DNA from: Minisyncoccota bacterium
GTDB lineage: Bacteria; Patescibacteriota; Minisyncoccia; Phycocordibacterales; UBA9973
Reading direction: 5' to 3'
Assembly (NCBI GenBank): GCA_041650615.1
Contig: JBAZKU010000001.1
Coordinates: forward strand, 185,216-249,215
Length of the DNA: 64,000 nt
Shown here piece after piece: positions 58,250 through 64,000 of the stretch. Numbering within the stretch: the stretch's first letter is position 1; each line of letters starts with the position of its first letter. The notes beneath the pieces were generated by a model. It made no database searches and was not told where the DNA came from. It saw nothing but the letters and a program-made list of their open reading frames with translations. A program made the translations under genes and the position numbers.

Positions 58250-59250
58250 CCGGTAATTTTTCTTTTTAATATTTTCTCCACTGCCAGTATAATATCGGAT
58301 ACTTCCATTTTATAATGTTTTATCAATTCATTTGACGTACCTGATTGACCAAAATTATTATGAACACCGATAAATTCCATAGATACGGGATAATTTTGCG
58401 CTAAAACTTCGGCAACCGCAGAGCCCATTCCTCCGGCTATTTGATGGTCTTCTACAGTTATAATTGCCTTAGTTTCTTTCGCCAGACTTATTATTGCTTC
58501 TTTATCTATCGGATTTATGGAAGATAAATTCATCACTTTAGCTTTTATTCCCTTGGCTTCTAATTCTTTGGCTGCAAGCATTGCACGATAAATAAGATTG
58601 CCTGTGACTATAATTCCTACTTGCGCCAGTCCCGTATCTGGTAGCCAATAAATCTGCGCCTTGCCTATTTCAAAAGGAGTTTCTTCCGTAGTGATAATCG
58701 GCGTTTTTTCGCGAGCTAAACGCAAATATGCCGGCTTGCCTGTTTTAACCAAAGCAAGAGTCGCCTTTTTTGCCTCCCCCGCGTCACAAGGGGAAATAAC
58801 ATCCATATTAGGAAGCACTCTCATTAAAGCAATATCTTCAAGCGCTTGATGACTTCCACCATCTTCTCCTACTGAAATACCTGTGTGCGAACCCACTATT
58901 TTGACGGGCCTATTGTTGTAAGCTATGGTCGTTCTTATTTGTTCCCAATTTCTGCCCGGAGAAAAAATGGCAAAAGAAGCGCAGAAAGGAATTTTACCCA
59001 TCGCTGCCATTCCTGAAGCGACGGTAACCAAATTTTGTTCAGCTACTCCCATTTCTATAAATCTTTTCGGAAATTTTTCGGCAAATAAATTCATTTGTGT
59101 TGATTCTGTCAAATCCGCGCAAAGTCCAATAACATTTTTTTCATTCTCGCCTGCCAGCACCAATCCTTGCCCAAAACCCTTTCGGATCGGTTCCTGTTCA
59201 CAATCTGAATTAAATATTTTTGGATTTAATTTTAATTTTGGATTTAACAT
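58246..59250 (-). CDS. Transketolase C-terminal subunit
   Basis: GVAEQN and GEDGGSHQ. Confidence 0.93.
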   Translation of the reverse strand: MLNPKLKLNPKIFNSDCEQEPIRKGFGQGLVLAGENEKNVIGLCADLTESTQMNLFAEKFPKRFIEMGVAEQNLVTVASGMAAMGKIPFCASFAIFSPGRNWEQIRTTIAYNNRPVKIVGSHTGISVGEDGGSHQALEDIALMRVLPNMDVISPCDAGEAKKATLALVKTGKPAYLRLAREKTPIITTEETPFEIGKAQIYWLPDTGLAQVGIIVTGNLIYRAMLAAKELEAKGIKAKVMNLSSINPIDKEAIISLAKETKAIITVEDHQIAGGMGSAVAEVLAQNYPVSMEFIGVHNNFGQSGTSNELIKHYKMEVSDIILAVEKILKRKITG

Positions 59251-59255
59251 AAAAT

Positions 59256-60173
59256 TTAAACCAGTCTATGATTTTGTAATTCTTTTAAAGCCATCTCGCC
59301 TTCTTCTTTATTTGGTGTTTTACCATGCCATTTGTAATCTCTTTCAAATTCTTTTACTCCTTTACCGGGAATTGTATGCGCAATAATAACCACTGGTTTT
59401 TCAGACACTTTTTGCGCTTCTTCTATCGCTTTATCCAGGGCTCGAAAATCATGCCCTCCCACTTCTATCACCTGCCAATTAAAAACTCGCCATTTATCTG
59501 CTAAAGGTTCAAGCGGCATAATGTGTTCAGTATTCCCATCTATTTGAATATTATTTCTGTCCACGATGGCAATTAAATTTTGTAATTTATTTTTCCCGGC
59601 AAGCATTATCGCTTCCCAAGTATTTCCTTCGTCTAATTCTCCATCGGACATAAAACAATAGATAAATCTATCTTCGTTTTTTTCATCCATTTTGTCTGCT
59701 AACGCCATTCCTATTGCTTGGGAAAGTCCGGAACCCAACGGCCCGGAAGAAGTTTCAATGAACGGTAAATATTCTCTATGGGGGTGTCCTTGTAATCTTG
59801 ACCCAAACTTGCGCAAGGTTTTTAATTCTTCAATTGGAAAATATCCGCTGTGCGCCATAGCCGCATATAACACCGGACAAATATGCCCATTGGAAAGGAC
59901 CAATCTGTCCCTTTCTGCCCAAAGTGGATCTTTTGGATTATGTTTTAAAATGTGAAAATAAAAAAGCGTAAAAATATCAGCCATACCAAGCGGTCCTGCT
60001 GTATGTCCGCTTTTTGCTTCCACCAGCATTTCAATAATACTCTGACGAATATCATTTGCTTTCTGTTCTAACTCTAAAATTTTTTGTTCACTTAATAAAG
60101 ACATCCTTTTTTTTCTTTGATTCTTGCCCCGTAGGAAGCTTGGCTTTCCTTCGGGGTTAGAATCAGTCAACAT
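59256..60173 (-). CDS. Transketolase N-terminal subunit (alternative start 60104)
   Basis: LSNGH, LQGHP and SDGELDEG..N TPP motif. Confidence 0.93.
   Translation of the reverse strand: MLTDSNPEGKPSFLRGKNQRKKRMSLLSEQKILELEQKANDIRQSIIEMLVEAKSGHTAGPLGMADIFTLFYFHILKHNPKDPLWAERDRLVLSNGHICPVLYAAMAHSGYFPIEELKTLRKFGSRLQGHPHREYLPFIETSSGPLGSGLSQAIGMALADKMDEKNEDRFIYCFMSDGELDEGNTWEAIMLAGKNKLQNLIAIVDRNNIQIDGNTEHIMPLEPLADKWRVFNWQVIEVGGHDFRALDKAIEEAQKVSEKPVVIIAHTIPGKGVKEFERDYKWHGKTPNKEEGEMALKELQNHRLV
60126..60158. repeat. GCCCCGTAG-family hairpin at the transketolase 5' end
   Basis: Copy of 8733-8764 with one extra G. Confidence 0.88.
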
Positions 60174-60174
60174 A

Positions 60175-60879
60175 TTATAGATTCCTAAATTCTTCTATTG
60201 TTCCAATTATATCATCAGTATTAAAAATCGCTGAACCAATAATGAGTTTTGTCGCACCTGTTTTAATCAAAAGAGGGGCGGTTTCAAAATTTACTCCTCC
60301 GTCAATTGATATTGTAAGGTCTCCAAATTTTTCTTTCAGTGTTTTTACATTTTCCAAAACTTTTTTATCAAATTCTTGCCCTTGAAAGCCAACCTTATCT
60401 ATGCCCATTAATTGCACAAAATCAACATCATTAATCAAGGGGGAAATTTGCTCCAGGGATGTTTTTATATTTAAAGATATGCCTATTTCTATCATCTCTC
60501 TGATATATACATCTATCCCTTCCAAGAAATTTTTGAATTCTTTTAAATCACCCACAGCTTCAATGTGAAAAATAATCTTCTTGGCTCCCAGCTTGGTGTA
60601 AATATCAAAATTTTCTATTGCATCCGCGACCATCAGGTCCAGTTCAAAATCAACATCTTCCCAAAAAGGCATCCCCTCTTCTTCGTTTAAAATCTTTCTA
60701 AAATGTTCTTCCAAAAAAGGTTTACCCTGATTAAAATCAAATGGCCAAGTTTTAGAAGGCACAAAAATCCCGTCGCAAATATCTATCTGCACAATAGGAG
60801 CTATTCCGCGAACAAGCGCGATTTTATTTTTTAAATCCTCGTAGTTTTTCGGCAATATTGCTGGAATTATTTCAGCCAT
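60175..60879 (-). CDS. rpe: Ribulose-phosphate 3-epimerase
   Basis: IIPAIL, D..DG.FVP, GFQGQ, IDGGVN and GSAIF. Confidence 0.88.
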   Translation of the reverse strand: MAEIIPAILPKNYEDLKNKIALVRGIAPIVQIDICDGIFVPSKTWPFDFNQGKPFLEEHFRKILNEEEGMPFWEDVDFELDLMVADAIENFDIYTKLGAKKIIFHIEAVGDLKEFKNFLEGIDVYIREMIEIGISLNIKTSLEQISPLINDVDFVQLMGIDKVGFQGQEFDKKVLENVKTLKEKFGDLTISIDGGVNFETAPLLIKTGATKLIIGSAIFNTDDIIGTIEEFRNL

Positions 60880-60946
60880 CCCATTAAAAAATTAAACTAA
60901 TAAAAAACTTCTCCAGAATATCTAACCCCGCTGATTTTTTAACGGG
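60880..60946. mobile_element. Degenerate CCCGTTAG-TIR element at the rpe start codon
   Basis: CAT-[CCCATTAAAAAAT..ATTTTTTAACGGG]-A; no duplication retained. Confidence 0.65.
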
Positions 60947-60956
60947 ACAAGTATTT

Positions 60957-61433
60957 TTAGTCTATTTTGATTGCATCTATTTTCCCTAAACGGCGAATAT
61001 GCCTTTCTGCTCCGCTAAAAAGAGTATTAAGCCAAAGGTTGACGGCTTCCATCATTTTTTCTTCTGTTAAATATCTGGCGCCAAGAGAAAGAATATTTGT
61101 ATTGTTATGTTGCCTTGACCTGACTATAACATCTGCTTCGTCATCTACCACACTTTGTGATTGTCCATAATAAGCAACTGCTCTGACGTGAGGAAATTTA
61201 TTTGCCGCTATTGCTTCTCCTTCCCCTGTCGCCCCTAAAATAATCCCTTTAACATTATTTGGGTCTTTTGAAACTTCACGAGCAACGGGAACAACAAAGT
61301 CCGGATAGTCATCTCCTTCGTCATATTTAAAAGCACCTTTGTCTACGACTTCATATCCTTGAGCTTTTAAAGAAGACACAAGTTTTTCTTTTAATACATA
61401 ACCGGCATGGTCCGTACCAATAAAAATTTTCAT
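60957..61433 (-). CDS. rpiB: RpiB/LacA/LacB sugar-phosphate isomerase
   Basis: GTDHAG, DDYPD, R.HNN.N and RH.RR. Confidence 0.92.
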   Translation of the reverse strand: MKIFIGTDHAGYVLKEKLVSSLKAQGYEVVDKGAFKYDEGDDYPDFVVPVAREVSKDPNNVKGIILGATGEGEAIAANKFPHVRAVAYYGQSQSVVDDEADVIVRSRQHNNTNILSLGARYLTEEKMMEAVNLWLNTLFSGAERHIRRLGKIDAIKID

Positions 61434-61437
61434 AATA

Positions 61438-62490
61438 TTAAATAGTTCCTCCTGTTTTTATAACATGCTCGACCAATGTATAGGCATACCCCATTTCATT
61501 ATCATACCAACCCAATACTTTTACCAAATTGCCATCAACTACGCGGGTCATTTCCAAGTCGGCAATGGATGCATGCGATTCCCCTAAAATATCAGAAGAA
61601 ACCAATGGTTCCTTGGTAACAGCAAATACTTTTTCCCAACGCTTGTCTTTTGACGCTTTTTCTAAAATCGCATTAACTTCTTCTTTGGTGGTATTTTTCT
61701 TTGAAATAAAAGTGACATCTACAATTGACCCAGCTACTACCGGCACGCGAACAGAAATACCATCAAATAATCCTTTTAATTCCGGAAAAGCCTCCGTCAC
61801 AGCGATAGCTGCACCGGTTGAACTTGGAACTATGTTTTGCGCAGCCGCGCGTCCCTCGCGCAAATCCTTTTTACTTGGCCCGTCCACAAGCGCTTGAGAA
61901 GCTGTATATCCATGAACTGTATTTAAAATCGCTTTTTCTATCCCCAAAGCTTCATGTAAAATTGCAATTAGAGGGCTTGCGGCATTGGTGGTACAAGATG
62001 CATTAGAAGTAATATCGCAAGTACCGAATTTATTTTCATTAATTCCCAACAATATTGTTTCTCCTTTTACACTTCCCTCATTTCCCCCGCCTAGACTCGC
62101 GCTAGTCGAGGCTGGTTTAGAAGGCGCAGAGATCACAACTTTTTTTGCACCTTGTTCAATATGAAATTTTGCCTTGTCATAAGAAGTAAACAGTCCGGTT
62201 GATTCAACCACCACATCAATATTCAAATCTTTCCAAGGAAGTTTCGTGGTGTCTTTTTCAGAAATGAATTTAATCTTTTTTCCGTCAATTATCAAATCAG
62301 CGCCGGAAACTTCTACGGAATGATTCCAATTTCGGTAAACAGTATCATGACGCAATAAGTAAGCTAAACTTTCTATGGAACCTAAATCATTTACTGCCAC
62401 TATCTCAAGCTCGGGTTTTTCCCAGGCTACTTTTAAAAATGCCCTGCCTATCCTGCCAAAACCATTAATAGATATTTTGATCTTTTTCAT
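61438..62490 (-). CDS. gap: Glyceraldehyde-3-phosphate dehydrogenase with a 10-aa insertion
   Basis: INGFGRIGR, ASCTTN and WYDNE. Confidence 0.97.
   Translation of the reverse strand: MKKIKISINGFGRIGRAFLKVAWEKPELEIVAVNDLGSIESLAYLLRHDTVYRNWNHSVEVSGADLIIDGKKIKFISEKDTTKLPWKDLNIDVVVESTGLFTSYDKAKFHIEQGAKKVVISAPSKPASTSASLGGGNEGSVKGETILLGINENKFGTCDITSNASCTTNAASPLIAILHEALGIEKAILNTVHGYTASQALVDGPSKKDLREGRAAAQNIVPSSTGAAIAVTEAFPELKGLFDGISVRVPVVAGSIVDVTFISKKNTTKEEVNAILEKASKDKRWEKVFAVTKEPLVSSDILGESHASIADLEMTRVVDGNLVKVLGWYDNEMGYAYTLVEHVIKTGGTI
62086..62115. repeat. 30-bp hairpin element in gap
   Basis: Encodes PASTSASLGG; 27/30 identical to 312-341. Confidence 0.9.
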
Positions 62491-62519
62491 AATAATATTA
62501 TAGCACATAATATATGTCC

Positions 62520-62633
62520 AAAAAGGCAAAGAATCAAATTTTTGCCGGTACGGATTTTTTGAAGCTTAAAAAATCCTGAAATTGGCTCGCCGTCGCTCGC
62601 CAAACCCCTTAAAAATTTATTCTTTGCCTTTTT
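62520..62633. repeat. Structured repeat family A, copy 2
   Basis: Core matches 1697-1772; 15-bp perfect outer arms AAAAAGGCAAAGAAT. Confidence 0.9.
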
Positions 62634-62650
62634 ATGTTAATATAGTAAAA

Positions 62651-64000
62651 ATGGAAAAAACAGAAACAAGCTTTATACATCTGCATACACACAGCCATTA
62701 TTCCCTATTGGACGGGCTTTCCAAGCTTAAGGACTTGGTTGAATTAGCTAAAAAAAATAAAATGCCTGCCTTGGCCATTACTGACCATGGCAATATGTAC
62801 GGAGCTATTGAATTTTATAAACTAGCCAAAAAAGAGGGTATAAAACCCATCATTGGAGTGGAGGCGTATATTGCGGAGAGGTCCCGTCTGGATAAGGAAT
62901 ATGGCATAGATAATAAACGCTACCACCTTACCCTCTTGGCAAAAAATTTAGAAGGATATAAAAATTTAATAAGACTTGTAACGATCTCCAATATGGATGG
63001 ATATTATTACAAACCTAGAATGGATAGAGAAATACTGCGAAAGTATTCCGGAGGGATTGTTGCCCTTTCCGGCTGTTTGGGCGGAGAACTCCCGCGTGCC
63101 ATCGCAAATAAAGATAATGAAAAAGCCGAAAAAATAATAAAAGAATATTTGGATATTTTCGGCAAAGAAAATTATTTCATAGAAATTCAATGTCATCCGC
63201 ATGTGGAAAATGACAAATATGTGCGCGAATCATTGATTAAACTTGCAAAAAAAAATAATATTCAAATTGTGGCAACCCAAGATTCTCATTATCCATGCAG
63301 TGAAGACCGCGAAGCGCACCACACTTTACTCCAAATAAATACAGCCAGTGATGTTAAAGAAGGGTCAAAATTTGAGTTTTCAGATGATGATTTTTCTTTT
63401 CTGAGCACTGAAAAAGCAATGGAAATTTTTGAAGATATCCCGGAAGCTGTCACCAATACGGGGAAAATTGCGGAAATGTGCAATCTTAAACTGGAATTGG
63501 GAAGCTGGGTTTTCCCGGATTTTAAAATTGAAGAAGGAAAAACTTATGATGAAAAATTGCGCGAACTCACTTATGCTGGTTTCAAAAATCTGGGATTGGA
63601 AAAGACGCCAGAAATTATAAAAAGAGTGGAATATGAGCTAGAAATTATTTTTAAAAAGGGTTATTCTCCGTATTTTTTGGTAGTCGGCGATTTACTCCAT
63701 TATGCTAGGGAAAATGGAATATTAACCACCATTAGAGGCTCGGTCGCAGGTTCAATGGCAACTTACCTTCTCGGTATTACCAATGTAAATCCTATAGAAT
63801 ACAAACTTCCCTTTGAAAGATTCTTGAATCCATTCCGCCCGTCGCCTCCGGATATTGATATGGATTACGCCGACAATAGACGGGATGAAATGATAGAGTA
63901 TGCCAAGAAAAAATATGGAGAAGATAAAGTAGCGCAGATTGGAACTTTCGGCACTATGATGGCGCGGGGTGCAGTGCGCGATGTTGCTCGCGCCTTGGGT
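62651..64000 (+). CDS. dnaE: DNA polymerase III alpha subunit (partial, runs off the window)
   Basis: HLHTHSHYSLLDG, TDHGNMYG, RGSVAGS and PDIDMD. Confidence 0.97.
   Translation, partial: MEKTETSFIHLHTHSHYSLLDGLSKLKDLVELAKKNKMPALAITDHGNMYGAIEFYKLAKKEGIKPIIGVEAYIAERSRLDKEYGIDNKRYHLTLLAKNLEGYKNLIRLVTISNMDGYYYKPRMDREILRKYSGGIVALSGCLGGELPRAIANKDNEKAEKIIKEYLDIFGKENYFIEIQCHPHVENDKYVRESLIKLAKKNNIQIVATQDSHYPCSEDREAHHTLLQINTASDVKEGSKFEFSDDDFSFLSTEKAMEIFEDIPEAVTNTGKIAEMCNLKLELGSWVFPDFKIEEGKTYDEKLRELTYAGFKNLGLEKTPEIIKRVEYELEIIFKKGYSPYFLVVGDLLHYARENGILTTIRGSVAGSMATYLLGITNVNPIEYKLPFERFLNPFRPSPPDIDMDYADNRRDEMIEYAKKKYGEDKVAQIGTFGTMMARGAVRDVARALG

Noticed and set aside
58246-60173. Split transketolase, N-domain-only GlmU and short ValS/PrfA as pseudogenes
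   Set aside because: Clean starts, stops and intact motifs; split and shortened forms are common in reduced genomes.

Overview
AT-rich, gene-dense chromosomal window of mostly housekeeping genes: atpEB, prfA, rpmE, rplY, gatB, obg, the mraZ-rsmH-ftsI-murF cluster, lysS, greA, ftsAZ, tsaD, valS, ppsA-eno-glycerate kinase-ldh, lepA, murJ, leuS, ychF, a pentose-phosphate/gap cluster and the 5' part of dnaE, plus 8 tRNA genes. Gene content and the shortened proteins suggest a Patescibacteria (CPR, Parcubacteria-like) genome using code 11; this is an inference. The main unexplained signal is a dense set of short (18-125 bp) GC-rich palindromic elements from several families. About 16 sit in frame inside core genes (atpB, rplY, gatB, obg x2, murF, trxB, tsaD, lepA, leuS x3, a methyltransferase, gap and others). 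Others fill intergenic gaps, abut start codons or flank tRNAs. Copies show nesting, conserved cores inside different or covarying outer stems, and in one family a target-site duplication. No transposase or integrase is in the window. Other signals: 5'-half tRNA duplicates upstream of three tRNAs, many apparently leaderless core genes contrasted with promoter/SD/terminator cassettes of unannotated microproteins, a Cys/Pro-Thr repeat microprotein, and a frameshifted prsW. All calls come from reading the sequence; no searches were run.
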